From Chiloscyllium plagiosum (Eukaryota): a DNA stretch of 64,000 bases. The notes beneath the pieces were generated by a model. It made no database searches. It worked only from the letters and a program-made list of their open reading frames with translations, and was not told the origin of the DNA. Below, in pieces: positions 1-12,630 of this stretch (position 1 is its first letter; each line of letters begins with the position of its first letter). Location: positions 41,449,081-41,513,080 of the forward strand of contig NC_057713.1 of assembly GCF_004010195.1 (NCBI RefSeq), in the 5' to 3' direction. The translations under genes and the position numbers were made by a program.

Positions 1-220
1 GCTCACTGGTCTATAGTTCCCTGGCTTGTCCTTACCGCCCTTCTTAAACAGTGGCACCACGTTTGCCAACCTTTAGTCTTCCGGCACCTCACCTGTGACT
101 ATCGATGATACAAATATCTCAGCAAGAGGCCCAGCAATCACTTCTCCAGCTTCCCACAGAGTTCTCGGGTACACCTGATCAGGTCCTGGGGATTTATCCA
201 TCTTTAATCGTTTTAAGACA
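1..220 (-). mobile_element. CR1-type LINE ORF2 fragment (N-terminal RT region), truncated by window edge
   Basis: Minus strand translates as LKRLKMDKSPGPDQVYPRTLWEAGEVIAGPLAEIFVSSIVTGEVPED*RLANVVPLFKKGGKDKPGNYRPVS, with the CR1 KSPGPD and NYRPVS motifs and one stop. Confidence 0.9.
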
Positions 221-449
221 TTAACAATGATTACACATCACATTGGACAAATTCGTAATTCTAGATTTCAAATTGCCCCATTGCCAAGTTGGGATTTGTT
301 CCATGTTTCCAGAGCATTACCTGGGGTTCTGGAGTACTTGTGACACTATCACAATGTCACTGCCTCCTGAACTCATTTATTACAAACCAAAATCTATTCA
401 AGTAAGGATACACAGATTATTATCAAAATGTTTAGAGTGCAAATATATA

Positions 450-625
450 TACAGAGGAACATTGATTATCTGACATTCAATTATCTGAATTTCAGATTAT
501 CCAGACAAGATCATAAAGTCCCAGTACTTGGCTGAAATGTGTTATCTGGGATTCAATTATCCACACATTTGATTATCCAAACAAAATGCTGCCTAGAAAT
601 TTTGAGATAAAGAAAATTCTTTCTA
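450..625. mobile_element. Degraded Tigger/pogo-like MITE
   Basis: Begins TA-CAGAGGAACATTGATTATCTG, resembling the CAGTAGAACCTCGATTATCCG-type terminal repeat; several internal ATTATCC/ATTATCT units; right end decayed. Confidence 0.4.
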
Positions 626-1063
626 AAGTATGTAACAACAATTGACTCCTTGACATAATACCTGCAGCAAATGGAGGATGAAACTTATCAGGAGAGAAAT
701 GTCACAGTGAAGGCGAAAGAGCGCTAAAGGTAAGGGAAGAGTGGACTCGTGGCATTAAGAGAGGGTACAAGATGAGAGAAAGAAAAATAGCTCAACTAAC
801 TGTGAAAGAGGGGAGTTAATGAAGAGTGCTACAATAAGACAAACTATTTTAAGAAATCACATTTAGCAAAAATGATTTCAAAATATATATAAACGATTTT
901 GATTTTGGACCCAAATATAATATTTCCTGAACTTGAAGCAAAAGACCTGGACAATACCTAGATTTGGGCTGAATAATGGCAAGTAACAGTCACACCAGGC
1001 AATGCCAGCTCGAATATGAGATCATCACGTAATCCTCCTCCATCAACACCCTGGAGTTACCAT

Positions 1064-1811
1064 CGATCAGAAACTGAATTGGACTAGCTATATAAGTACA
1101 GCGACTACCAAAGCAGGTCAGAGGCTAGAAATATCATAGGGAGTAACTCACCAAAGCCTGTTCACCATGCATGAGGCACTTGCAGTGCAGCTCCAACAAC
1201 ACTCAAGAAGTTTGCCACCATTGAGGAGAAAGCAGCTGACTTGATTGGCACAACACCCACAAGCATCCACTCCATCTACTACCAATGCTCAGTAATAGCA
1301 TTGTGTACTATCTACAGGACACACTGCAGAAATATGCCGAAGGTGCTTATGTAGCACTTTCCAAAACACTTCAACTCCCCCTCCCACTCCGTCAACGACA
1401 TGCAGGTCCTCCTCCACTGCCAAACCGTTACCACCTGCGATCAGAAACTGAATTGGACTAGCTATATAAGTACAGTGACTACCAAAGCAAGTCAGAGGCT
1501 AGAAATATCATAGGGAGTAACTCACCAAAGCCTGTTCACCATCCACGAGGCACTTGCAGTGCAGCTCCAACAACACTCAAGAAGTTTGCCACCATTGAGG
1601 AGAAAGCAGCTGACTTGATTGGCACAACACCCACAAGCATCCACTCCATCTACTACCAATGCTCAGTAACAGCATTGTGTACTATCTACAGGACACACTG
1701 CAGAAATATGCCGAAGATGCTTATGTAGCACTTTCCAAAACACTTCAACTCCCCCTCCCACTCCGTCAGTGACATGCAGGTCCTCCTCCACTGCCAAACC
1801 GTTACCACCTG
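1064..1811 (+). repeat. Direct tandem duplication, 2 x 374 bp (1064-1437, 1438-1811)
   Basis: Both units run CGATCAGAAACTGAATTGG...GTTACCACCTG with only a handful of substitutions. Confidence 0.95.
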
Positions 1812-2172
1812 ATGCCTAGAGAAGGAACGCCTCATATTCCGCCTTGGGACCCTGCAACCACATGGGATAAATATGGATTTCAACATCTTCCTCACTTGCC
1901 CTGCCCCCACATTATCCCAGTCCCAAGCCTCCAACTCGACACTGCCCTCTGGACCCATCCATCACTGCCCCCTCTGACCTATCACCTTCTCCCTCATCTT
2001 CATCCACCTATCGCTTTTCCAGCTACCTCCCCCCAACCCATACCTCTCCCATTTATCTCTCAGCCCCGACCCACGAGCCTCATTTCTGATGAAGGGCATA
2101 TGCCCGAAACTTCGATACTCCTGCTCCACAGATGCTGCCTGACCTGCTGTGTTTTTCCAGCACCAGACTCTC
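1741..2172 (+). mobile_element. Penelope-like element 3' fragment (GIY-YIG C-terminus, pyrimidine-rich spacer, family A pLTR)
   Basis: HFNSPSHS...EKERLIFRLGTLQPHGINMDF-like coding remnant, then CTGATGAAGGGCATATGCCCGAAAC and the GATGCTGCCTGACCTGCTG terminal block. Confidence 0.8.
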
Positions 2173-3225
2173 GATCATGAACACTTTCATCTAGAAGGAC
2201 AAGGGCAGCAGATACATGGGAACACCGCGATCTACAAGTTCCCCTCCAAACCCATCCACACTAAGAAATACAGAACTATTTCTTCATTATCATTGGATCA
2301 AAGTTCTGGAATTCCTTCCTAAATAGCATTGTGTGTCTACCTATAGTACATGGTCTGCAGAAATTCAAGAAGACTGCTCATGACACCTTCTGAAGGGCAA
2401 CTAGGGATGGGCAAAAAATGCTGGTCCAGCCAGTGTTGCTCACATTTGACAAGTGAATTAAAAAATTGCTGATTGCACATATAATTGAGAATGTAAGTTG
2501 TTATGAAGGTTCATTTGAATTTGAACAGGCCACGTGAATAGGCGAGAACTTAGGATATAAAATATAATGCGAATGTGTAAGGCAGAGTATTTCTTAAATG
2601 GTAAGAAGGGAGAAGTTGTTGATACTCAAGGAACCTGGGGTGTCATTGTTCATGAGGCACTAATAGCTAGCTTGCCCATGCAACAAACAAATGGGTAAGC
2701 AGATGATGATGGGCCTTCCTTTGAAAAGGATTTGAGTACAAGACATAAAGCTATTTTTCTGTGATTGTAAATCACCTTGCTGAGATTACACCTGGACTGT
2801 TGTGTACAATTTTGGTCTTGCTGCCATTGAGGGAGTGCAACAGATGTTCAGTAGACCAACTACCAGGATAGCAGAATGAGGAAACTTGACCTATTTCTCC
2901 AGATCTTCGGAGAAAATCCTTACAGGACATGATAAGACAGATTAGATAGAATAATTTCTCTGGCTACAAAGTCTGAAATCAGGATTTATGGTTGCATGAT
3001 ATAGGGAAACCCATTAAAATTGAGATGAAGAGGAATTTCTTCATTCAGAGGGTGACAAACATTTATAATTCTCTACCCATAAGGACTATGAATGTGCAAA
3101 TATTGAACAAGTTCAAGACATAAATTGATAGAATTCTGGATAGCAATGCCATCGAAGAATAGGTGGATACTGGTGTAGACATAAATGATTAACCATGGTT
3201 CAGAATGGTGAAGTATGCTTGATGG

Positions 3226-3443
3226 AGAAAGTGAGGTCTGCAGATGCTGGAGATCAGAGCTGGAAATGTGTTGCTGGAAAAGCGCAGCAGGTCAGGCAGC
3301 ATCCAGGGAACAGGAGAATCGACGTTTCGGGCATAAGCCCTTCTTCAGGATTCCTGAAGAAGGGCTTATGCCCGAAACGTCGATTCTCCTGTTCCCTGGA
3401 TGCTGCCTGACCTGCTGCTGCGCTTTTCTAGCAACACATTTCC
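3226..3443. mobile_element. Fold-back PLE pLTR cassette (family A), one hammerhead core on each strand
   Basis: Inverted arms centred near 3351; flanking duplication AAGTATGCTTGATGG at 3211-3225 and 3444-3458. Confidence 0.9.
3354..3381 (+). ncRNA. Minimal hammerhead ribozyme motif (PLE type)
   Basis: CTGAAGA-A-GGGC-TTAT-GCCC-GAAA-CGTC; mirror copy on the minus strand at 3321-3348. Confidence 0.75.
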
Positions 3444-4304
3444 AAGTATGCTTGATGGGTTGATTGGCTGACTCGTGCTCCAAATTCTCATGTTTCTAGC
3501 TCATGATTTCTCAGCAAAAATAAAAACAGCTCCGAAAGTTTTTGTCACATATTCTACAATTTTCAGATCCTGGCTGCTCCAACTGGAACTGAAAGGTCGT
3601 ACAAACAACCCATCCACATAAGTCGGAATAAATGTCTTCTGTAAAACTTAATTATTGGTTTTGTGAAAATTGTTTTGTGTCAAGGAGAGAGAACTTATGA
3701 GACCCAGCTTAACAACAACCTTTTTAATAAAATCAGATTCCACTTATACAGAAAATATTTGTTTCCAGTAAAGAAAATTAATTGTCAGCACGAATGACTG
3801 CCATTTACTAACATTCGACTTTTAGTTGTAGCGATGTTGGGGAATCACATGCAAAAGGAGCCTTTTCCTCCCACGCTTCCTGATATAATTGTGACTCTGT
3901 CAGTGCAGGATCATTGGTGCCCTGATTTTAAAACTTTTTTCAATCTATTTTGGCAGTAGGTTTTAAATTAGTGAGCTGATCAGCTACACAATGGGCTCCC
4001 GCTTCCTTTCAATCTACCTTTTCCTGCTGAGTTTCTTTTATTACAGTGTTTGTCTTCTGCCATTGAGCAACAACCATTCAGGAAGAGCTGTTGTATAACA
4101 GCTTCCTACCTACTGCTATTGATTAACAATGAAGTATAATTTAACAGGAAAATAAAGTAGCAACAGGATCCCTGACTGAATCTGAGTCATACCAATAAAA
4201 GGTCTTACCAACTTATGGTTATATTTATATTACGGTTATTTCTATCAGTGTTGAATTTACAAGAAATATTTCTACATCATTTGAAAACACAAAGCCCCAG
4301 CTGC

Positions 4305-4410
4305 AATAGAAACAGAAAGTGCTGTAGAAACTCAGCAGGCTTGGCAGCACCTGGAAGAGAGAGTAGGAGCTAATGTTTTGAGTCTGATAGCTCTTCTTTA
4401 AAAGAGCCTT
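4305..4410 (-). mobile_element. Degraded PLE pLTR fragment (family C)
   Basis: AAACAGAAAGTGCTG.AGAAACTCAGCAGG.TTGGCAGCA block, as in the copy at 50.9 kb. Confidence 0.55.
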
Positions 4411-5183
4411 ATGGGGGGGTCAGTCATTGAGTATATTCCAGGCTGAGGTCAACAGATTTCTACAAATTAAATACATTGAATGATATTAGTATAGTGCAAG
4501 AAATGGAGTTGAAGTAGAAACTCATGCACAATCTCATTAAATGGTAAAGAAGTTCTTGGTGCTGGATGGCCTACTCCTGCTCCTATGTTCTTAAATAAAT
4601 TGGTGCTGAGGGGTTCCAATGTTATTGAAAGTTATATTACCTTTTCTGTTTGTTTGTTATTGGAACTTTGAAGACGAATGTTGACATTGGGTGACTTTCT
4701 GAAGACATATTGTCAATACTTCACCAAAAATCTATTAATATCTAGTTTGACTTCAGATATTTCACGGATAAAGATTATATACCTGTAGTACCAACCTCAG
4801 AGAGAGAATGTTTCATCACTGGCATCTTGCGAGGGGTTATAGAATCAATTACACAGTGGAAAATAGGCCCTTTGATTCATCAAGTCTGCACTGACAAAAA
4901 ATACATAAAACCTACACTCGTCCCACTTTCCAGTAGTTTCCACACAGTCTTGAATGTATGATATCTCAAGTGCTCATCCAAGTTCATTTTAAAGGTTGTG
5001 AGGTTTTCTGGCTCGACTACTCTCCCAGGCAGTGGATTTCAGACTCTCACCATCCTCTGGGTCAAAAGGTTTTCCTCAAATCCCCACTAAAACTCCTGCC
5101 TTTCACCTTAAAATTATAGCCCCCTTGTATTGACACTTCAACTAAGAGGAAAAGCTGCTTTCCATCCACTCTATCCATGCCTT

Positions 5184-6124
5184 GAGGCATGGTACATTGG
5201 CGAGACCGAGCAGAAGCTATGGCAACGGATGAATGGAAACCGCATAAGAATCACCAGGCAGGAGTGCTCCCTCCCAGTCGGGGAACTCTTCAACAGTCCA
5301 GGACATTCGGCCTCGGTCCTTTGGGTGACCATCCTCCAAGGCAGACTTCAAGACAGACAACAATGAAAAGTAGCTGAGCAGAGGCTGATAGCCAAGTTCA
5401 TTACCCATGAGGATGGCCTCAACCGGGACCTTAGGTTCATGTCACACTACAGGTGATCCCACTACACTGTATATATACACATACACACACACTCCTCCAG
5501 ACTCACACAGCCCCTCTCTCATACACAAGCTCTCTCTCATATGCTCACACACACACATATATACATTCTTTCACAGACAAACACTTGCTACCCACACCCA
5601 CATGCATACACTCACTCGGTCTTCCCTGCACACACACACATAAAAGTTTGAGGTGAATTTGTACTTGCAGAATTACATTTTATTTTGCTTAAAAACTGCA
5701 TACATCCATGCAAGATTCTGTTACTCCCACTTTAGAAATAGAATCAGTCTCACCTAACACTGGGACACAGACTTTAACTTCACACCTTCAATGCACTTTC
5801 TGAGCTGAGAAGACACCTATTGTTAAAAGCTATCTTGAGAGTGCAACTTTAAAAAAGTTCTGAGATTTATATATGAAGGAAGTGAAACTAACATGGTCAT
5901 TCTAAAAGATGAAAGACTTAAGCTAAATTTGTTTAATATTGCATTCCATGACACTGCAATTCTGTTGCTATAAAGTCTTGTGTCTTATGATTCTGCTCCA
6001 CAACCAACTGATGAAGAAGCAACGCTTCAAAAGCTAGTGCTTCCAAATAAACCTTGGGCTATAACCTGGTGTTGTGTGATTTTTAAACTTTGTCCTTCCC
6101 AGTTCAACACCAGCAACTCCAAAT
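5184..6124 (+). mobile_element. 5'-truncated Penelope-like element (family B): GIY-YIG remnant, (CA)-rich tract, pLTR
   Basis: EAWYIGETEQKLWQRMNG...EQRLIAKF..HEDGLNRD reading; terminal CTGATGAAGAAGC...AAAGCTAGTGCTTCCAAATAAACC...CAACACCAGCAACTCCAAATC. Confidence 0.9.
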
Positions 6125-6577
6125 CTCAAAATCTTATACACCTCACCCTTCTCTGCTCTAAAGAAAACAACCTGAGCCCATCCACCCTCTCTTCATTGAT
6201 AAACTGCTCTATCCCAGAAAATATCCTCGTGAATCACGTTTATACACCCCCCAGTGCACTCACATCCTTCGTATAGTGATGTGACTGAAAAAAACACACA
6301 GTACTCCAGCTGTGGTCTAATTAAAATTTCATACAGCTCCAAGATGATCTCCTTGCTCATACGACTTATGCCACAACTGGTAAAGGCAATTGTCCCATTT
6401 GTCTTTTTAAATAACCTATTGATCTGCCGTGCTGCCTTTAGGAATCTGTGTATAAGCATTCCAAGATCCCTCTGTTCCTCTGAGCTTCCTATTTGTCCTG
6501 TCATTTACTGTGTAATCCCTTGTCTTGTTACTTCTTTCAAAGTGCATCATCTTACATGTATCAGCGTTAATTTTTTT

Positions 6578-6889
6578 TTAGATTAGATTACTTACAGTGT
6601 GGAAACAGGCCCTTCGGCCCAACAAGTCCACACCGCCCCGCCGAAGCGCAACCCACCCATACCCCTACATTTACCCCTTACCTAACACTACGGGCAATAT
6701 AGCATGGCCAATTCACCTGACCTGCACATCTTTGGACTATGGGAGGAAACCGGAGCACCCGGAGGAAACCCACGCAGATACAGGGAGAACGTGCAAACTC
6801 CACACAGTCAGTCGCCTGAGTCGGGAATTGAACCCGGGTCTCTGGCGCTGTGAGGCAGCAGTGCTAACCACTATGCCACCGTGCCGCCC
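6578..6889 (-). mobile_element. HE1-like tRNA-derived SINE, full length and young
   Basis: Minus strand starts GGGCGGCACGGTGGCATAGTGG (A box) with GGTTCAATTCC (B box), central TGTGTGGAGTTTGCACGTTCTCCC core and (TCTAA)n tail. Confidence 0.9.
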
Positions 6890-8366
6890 ACTAAGTTAAG
6901 TTCCATTCTGCCCATCTGAGCAATCCATCTATGTTGTCCTATAACCAAAGAACTTCTTCCCCATTGTCCAGCGCCTGGCCAATCTTTGTATCATCCACAA
7001 ATTTACCATTGTTTCCATATTTTCTTCTCTATCGTCTATATATATCACAACAAATTGGGACCCAGTACTGATCCCTGTGATACGTCACTGGACACCAGCC
7101 TCCAGTCACTCAAACAGCCTTCTACCACTACCCTCTATTGCCTGCCACTCAGCTATAACTGGATACAATTGCCAAGTTACCTTCGACCACATGTGCTTTT
7201 ACCTTCTTATCAGCCTCCCATGTGAAAACTTGTCAAATGCTTTGCTAACATCTATATAAACTACATCAACTGCACTACCCACATCTACCCACCTAATCAC
7301 CTCCTCTAAAAATTTAATCAAATTTATTTGGCATGACCTGCCTCTGACGAAGCCATCCTGACTGTCTCTGATCAAAGCTTGCTTCTCTGAATGGATAATA
7401 ATTCTCTCCTTCAGAATTTTCTCTAGTAGTTTCCTTTGGTGTGAAGGAGAAATGAAAGAACATGATTTCAGATTTAAAAAAAGGGACAGGAAGAATGAAG
7501 TGGATCTCATCTGCTGCTCCAGATACAGGAACTCCTCCACTTGGACTAGTGCCATACCTGAGAATCTGTGCTCCCACTGTGGTCCCTGGGCCTTTCTGAA
7601 ACCTAACCCTATGTGTTAAACAACCCACTCCACACCTTCAGCGCAAGTGGGTGAGTAAAACCTACATAGACAGTTCCAGGAAAATTGTATCTAATCAGCA
7701 CTTGAGAGCTGAACCTACTACTAATGATTTCAGCACTTACAGGCATGTTTAAAACCTGCTAATCATTTCCCACCTCCCAAATTATAAGGTAGATCCACAT
7801 TTTCAACTGTGAATTTCTTATTAGTAAAGTGTTCAGTTAAAGCATGTTTTCATGTGTGGCTAAAATAACCTTTAACCTTACATAAATCCATATAGAAATC
7901 AGGTAAAAATCTCTCTGCAAACAGTGTAAAACAGTGCTGTCCCTCCTTTAATTACTTAAAGAATGGGGTGTGAGATCAGATACCAGGATTGTGGCTAATG
8001 ATTAATCCACACCCATTCAAAGTCATGCAGGCTGTAAGCAAATGTTGTGCTTCTAATTATAATAGTGAGTTGCAGAACCCGCTTTTGAGTGACTGCAAGC
8101 CTCAGCAGACACCTGAGGTTAGACTTAATCTGCTTAAATCAAAACTGCAGAGAGGTAGCAGGAGTTGAATTGGTTACAGAAGAATTAAGACTCAGGTCCT
8201 CCTGATCTCCACCTCAGCTTTGGGTTTGGCACAATAAATAATTCACTTGATTGATTCCCAGGGTGAGAAGGATGTCCTATATTGATAGGCTGAATAAATT
8301 GTGTGCATGATTTTTGGAGTCAGGATGATTTAGAGATGTTTTTGTTAAAATGACAGGACAGATGGA

Positions 8367-8542
8367 GTTAAAAATCACACAACACCAAGCTATAGTCCAA
8401 CGGTTTAATTGGTGGTTGTGGATCAAGGAGCAGCACTCTGAAAGCTAGTGCTTCCAATTAAACCTGTTGGACTATAACCTGATGTTTTGTTATTTTTAAC
8501 TTTAACTTTGTACACCGCAGTCCAACACCAGCATCTCCAAAT
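8367..8542. mobile_element. Fold-back PLE pLTR cassette (family B), ribozyme core decayed
   Basis: Inverted arms GTTAAAAATCACACAACACC / GTTATTTTTAACT; TSD CAGGACAGATGGA at 8354-8366 and 8543-8555. Confidence 0.85.
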
Positions 8543-8786
8543 CAGGACAGATGGATGTAGAGTGATTGTCTTTCTGAAGGTTTGATCATTACTGGCTGGG
8601 ATGAGAAATCGATTCAATTAAAGGATTAAGAATCTTTTGAAATTTCCTGTCCTAGAACTTTTTGGGTACTCTATTGTTGCAAACATTTAAATAGATTGCA
8701 TTTTGGTCTTTCAGAGAATAAAGGGAAACTGAATTAATGTTGAGGCAAAAGATCTATTAAAATTTATATTGAATGGCAGAGCCAAT

Positions 8787-9122
8787 GGAGCAGTATGGTG
8801 GCTCAGAGATTGGCAGTGCTGATTCACACTAGAGTCAAACCTACTGGATTCAATTCCACCTTCAGGCAATTGTCTGTGTGGAGTTTGCACAACCATAGCT
8901 CTGCTCCCCACCCCCCGCTCATCCCCCACCCCACCCCCCCTCACCCCTCCCATCTGTGTGGGTTTCCTCTGGCTCCTCCAGCTTCCTCCCACAGTCCAAA
9001 GATGTCCAGGCTAGGCAGATTAACTGTGGGAAATGCAAGGCTTTGGGGATGGGGTAGGGTCTGGGCGGGATGCTCTTAAGAGTCAGTCATTCAATGGGCT
9101 GAATAGCTTATAGGATTCTATA
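8787..9122 (+). mobile_element. HE1-like SINE, older, with C-rich expansion
   Basis: A/B-box head, TGTCTGTGTGGAGTTTGCAC core, GGATTCTAT tail. Confidence 0.75.
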
Positions 9123-9664
9123 GACTTGAGGGACTTTCCACTAATGTTCATATTCTTATGTTGCTCAGAAAAGTGCTTTGAAATGTCACAATAAGTTAGA
9201 AGATGTGCCTCAAGGTTTTTGGAGGTCCTGATCTAGAAGGTACTCTGGAGGAGAGAGTTTTATAAACATCAGGGGGTCTGGAGGCTCATCAGATAGTGAT
9301 GGTGAATTCAGTGGAATTCAGAGGAATTACCCTGGTAACAGGTCAGTGAGGGAGAGCTTAATTCCTGCCAACAAAGCTAGCATTCACCAGCATGTGATCA
9401 CGCATTAACAGCCCACTGAGTTGCTGGTAACTTATGTGGCTCCAGTATTTTTAAGCACTGAGACACAACACTTGAAAAGCCATGTCTCTACAACTGATGG
9501 TATCACATACTAAGAGAAAACCTGCTATTTTGGCAAAACCATCCATACACTCCTGCTAGTTCTCTCTGTTTACAGAGAATGCAACAAAGCTCCATTGCAT
9601 CACAATGCCTTTGTTACCTCTCTGGTGCAGAAATGAAGTGAATTGAGAACTTGAAGGCACAAAA

Positions 9665-10210
9665 ACCTCTTCTTCCTCAGTTGGCTTAGGAAATTTGATA
9701 TGTCCACAAGGACCCTCACCTACTTTTACAGATGCACCAAAGAAAGCATTCTATGCAAGTGCATAACAGTCTGGTACAGCAACTGCTCTGCCCAGGACTG
9801 TAAGAAACTATAGAAAGCCCAGACCATCACAGAAGCTAAGCTCCCATCCATGGACTCTATTTACACTTCTTGTTGCTGCAGAAAGACTGCCAAAATCAAA
9901 GACCCCTCCCATCCTGGTAACACTGTCATTCAACCTCTTCCATCAGGTAGAAGATACAGAAGCTTGAATGCATGCACCAACCAGTTCAAGAACCGCTGTT
10001 ATTAAACTGATGAATGGGCCTCACTAACTTAAAATAATGTTGATCTTGCTTTGCACACTTGCTGTGCAGCCGTAACCTTATATGCCTCACCCTGTCTAAA
10101 CACCCTATGATCTATCTGTCCTTGTTTGCTATGATCTGCCTGTATGATTCTGCAAAACAAAACCTTCACCGTGCTTAGGTACATGTGACTACAACAGGTC
10201 AAATCAAATC
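9665..10210 (+). mobile_element. Rex1/Babar LINE 3' fragment
   Basis: Reads FFL..LRKFDMST.TLTYFYRCTKESIL..CITVWYSNCSAQD.KKL...KDPSHPG...LPSGRRYRSL; (AAATC)n tail. Confidence 0.8.
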
Positions 10211-10339
10211 ACATGTAGCAAGCTGGAGAAATTTCAGCAGATAAAATCATGGGCTGTGGTCACCTTCGCCACCACTAGCACAGCTCTGAAAATGAGGGCT
10301 GATTACAAACAACGAAAGTTAATGCAAGTAAACAGAAAC

Positions 10340-10470
10340 ATGAGGTCTGAAGAAGGGTCACTGGCTTAAAATGTTAATTTTTTCTCTCCACTGATGCAGC
10401 CAGTTTCTTCAGCAATCTCTGTTTTTGTTTGTTTCAGATCTCTGGCATCCACAGTTCAATATTTTATTTA
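10340..10470 (+). mobile_element. PLE pLTR fragment (family C) with decayed hammerhead
   Basis: TCTGAAGAAGGGTCACTGG...AAAATGTTAA...CTCTCCAC.GATGC. Confidence 0.6.
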
Positions 10471-10998
10471 AGGTTTATTAATGTGTCTTTATTTCTGATA
10501 ATGTTTGATATAGGCCTACCTAGTCCCAAAATGCTATCGTTTTAAAGGGGGTGTTGAAATGATGAAACTCTATACTTAATTCCACGAATTTTCTTTATTT
10601 CATTGGAATTCTCAAAAACATTTTTCTTTTTCAATTTCCTTGTGTCCTGATCTTCTGCATACCAGTATTAAAGGACAAAAGTAGTTTTTTTAAAAATAAA
10701 AAGATAGGATCAGCTGGCATAATAAATTCCACTAATCTGCATGATATGTACACAACAACCGAAGTGAATTTGGCTGCAAGGCCTTTTCCATTTCAGAATG
10801 TGAAACTGCTTTCATCTTATAAGGGGGCAGCTGCACAGTATGATGTAGGATCCTTTTCAGGACTGTGAGTTTAATCAGTTTGCAGATAGCAGTAATTGGT
10901 TCTTATCACATCAATAGAAAATTTGATATCTGATCATCTTTTCTTGTTGTTTGATCCAGGATTGAATTCCAAGTGGGGTTGGCTCTCTACGATCTTAC

Positions 10999-11150
10999 CT
11001 GACTCTCCATGTGTGCTCCTTTCTGGTGTTTGATACAAACTGATGTCCAGAAACTCAAATCAATGAAACCAGATCTACATCACAGTTCCGTTCACACTGC
11101 TGTTTGTTGTTGGTTTCTGTGCACTTTGGAGTGTGGTCTGAAGCCTGCAT
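10999..11150 (-). other. Candidate internal exon (152 nt), non-coding or unknown
   Basis: Acceptor TTTTTTTCACTGCTTTCTCCAG and donor CAG|GTAAG in non-repetitive DNA; stops in all three frames. Confidence 0.3.
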
Positions 11151-12301
11151 CTGGAGAAAGCAGTGAAAAAAATCTCATGCTTTACTAAGGTTAAGAGCAA
11201 AAGCATATTATCAAGGAGGGTGCTTTAATCTACATCTGGCTGTGTTGGCTTGAGCTAGACAATCTGATGCTGACACTGGAAATGAAAAGATACAAACAGT
11301 TCTCAGTACTTAAATTCCTCATTTCAATGAGAACTTAAAAGAAGAAAAAATAACAACATCTGGCATTGGAGAACTTGCATAATCAAAGAAATCCAAATCA
11401 TTGTGGTTATCGAGGCTTAAATACGATTACATTTTTGATCAACATTAATCCAGGTCATTTCAAAGGTACAACATGTACAATTTCAGAGCTTATCCTCTGA
11501 ACCAAGCGAATGCCGCATATGTTGTTCTACTATACTAATCTCTTCTTTCCATTTAATAATCTCTTGTAATCTATTTTCCAAAAGTGATATCATTTCTGAT
11601 TGATTAAAATGTTAAATTATGTCAAAGTATTGTGGCTCAACTCCATTCCTTTCACCTCTGATATTTTGTTGAGTTTCCTATCTTTTTGCTTACATACAAG
11701 CTGTTATCTCAACTCATATATCAGCTCATAGCCTTGAGCTACTGCTGAGCTCATATGGAAAATATTTTGACTTCGAACATGCCTGGGGAGACAACAGGTC
11801 TTGTTTTTAATGCAGCAGGAAAGAAAGAGCTAATTCAAGTAAACACACAAAATGATGGGGCTAGAGAAGTAAAATTGAGGGATAGGTTTCTGAGCATATC
11901 TTATGTATTGAGTAGCTGTTAAGTGATTCCAAGGACTACACTTGCTAGAAGTACTGTGCAATTTTTTAAAAATCTGGTAAGGTCAATTAAGAGTGACAGA
12001 ATCGAACTTCTTAGCACTTCTACAAAATCAAGTCTGTCAAATTTACAAAAACTAATGATCTTTATGCATTTAAAGCCAATTGCGTTTCTTTAAACTGCAT
12101 TTCAAATTCCAAAGTAATTTGTTAATATTATCCAAACACTACTTAGTTAAGGTAAGATATTAATGGAATTCACTGGATAATGGATTTAAATGATACTACT
12201 TAGAATCCAAGATTAATTGAATTGCTATAACTGTAAAATTAAGTGTAGAACTGAGGCGACATTTGTATTGCAGCATTCCAATGTTAAGATGTCCCACCAG
12301 T

Positions 12302-12621
12302 GATTAGATTAGATTAGATTAGATTACTTACAGCATGGAAACAGGCCCTTCGGCCCAACAAATCCACACCGACCCGCCGAAGCGCAACTCACCCAGACCC
12401 ATTCCTCTACCTTCACCTAACACTACGGGCAATTTAGCATGGCCAATTCACCTAACCTGCACATTTTTTGGACTGTGGGAGGAAACCGGAGCACCCGGAG
12501 GAAACCCACGCAGACATGGGGAGAATGTGCAAACTCCACACAGTCGCCTGAGGCAGGAATTGAACCCCAGTCTCTGGCGCTGTGAGGCAGCAGTGCTTAT
12601 CACTGTGCTACCGTGCCACCC
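12302..12621 (-). mobile_element. HE1-like SINE, full length
   Basis: Same head and core as 6578-6889, with several (TCTAA) tail units. Confidence 0.9.
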
Positions 12622-12630
12622 AAAAGGGAG

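Larger units (their letters stand above)
940..2465 (+). mobile_element. 3' part of a second CR1/L2-group LINE ('family B'), interrupted by a PLE and partly duplicated
   Basis: Shares TACTATCTACA.GA..CACTGCAG, CTAGAAGGACAAGGGCAGCAG and GGGCAA.TAGGGATGGGCAA..AATGCTGG plus an A-rich tail with copies at 24.7-25.5, 36.5-36.8 and 59.8-61.1 kb. Confidence 0.75.
2480..3500 (+). mobile_element. Old degraded CR1 3' region, split by a PLE palindrome
   Basis: Remnants of DLGVIVH, HLDCCVQFWS and RNFFIQRV motifs, followed by a CR1 3' UTR-like end. Confidence 0.7.
4838..7440 (-). mobile_element. CR1 LINE (RT to 3' end) hosting PLE and SINE insertions
   Basis: Minus-strand ORFs with SQDGFVRGRSCQINLIKF, DVVYIDVSKAFDK, QRDLG and LIRPQLEYCV; tail near 4840. 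Confidence 0.9.

Noticed and set aside
3195-3483. Near-identical ORFs on both strands (KCVAGKAQQVRQHPGNRRIDVSG...), also at 21-22, 32.6 and 38.3 kb
   Set aside because: These are by-products of the palindromic pLTR cassettes, not a protein family.
7990-8110. Cluster of homeodomain-like (TAATGATTAA) and TCF-like (TTCAAAG) motifs
   Set aside because: Short motifs in AT-rich DNA cannot support an enhancer call without conservation or chromatin data.
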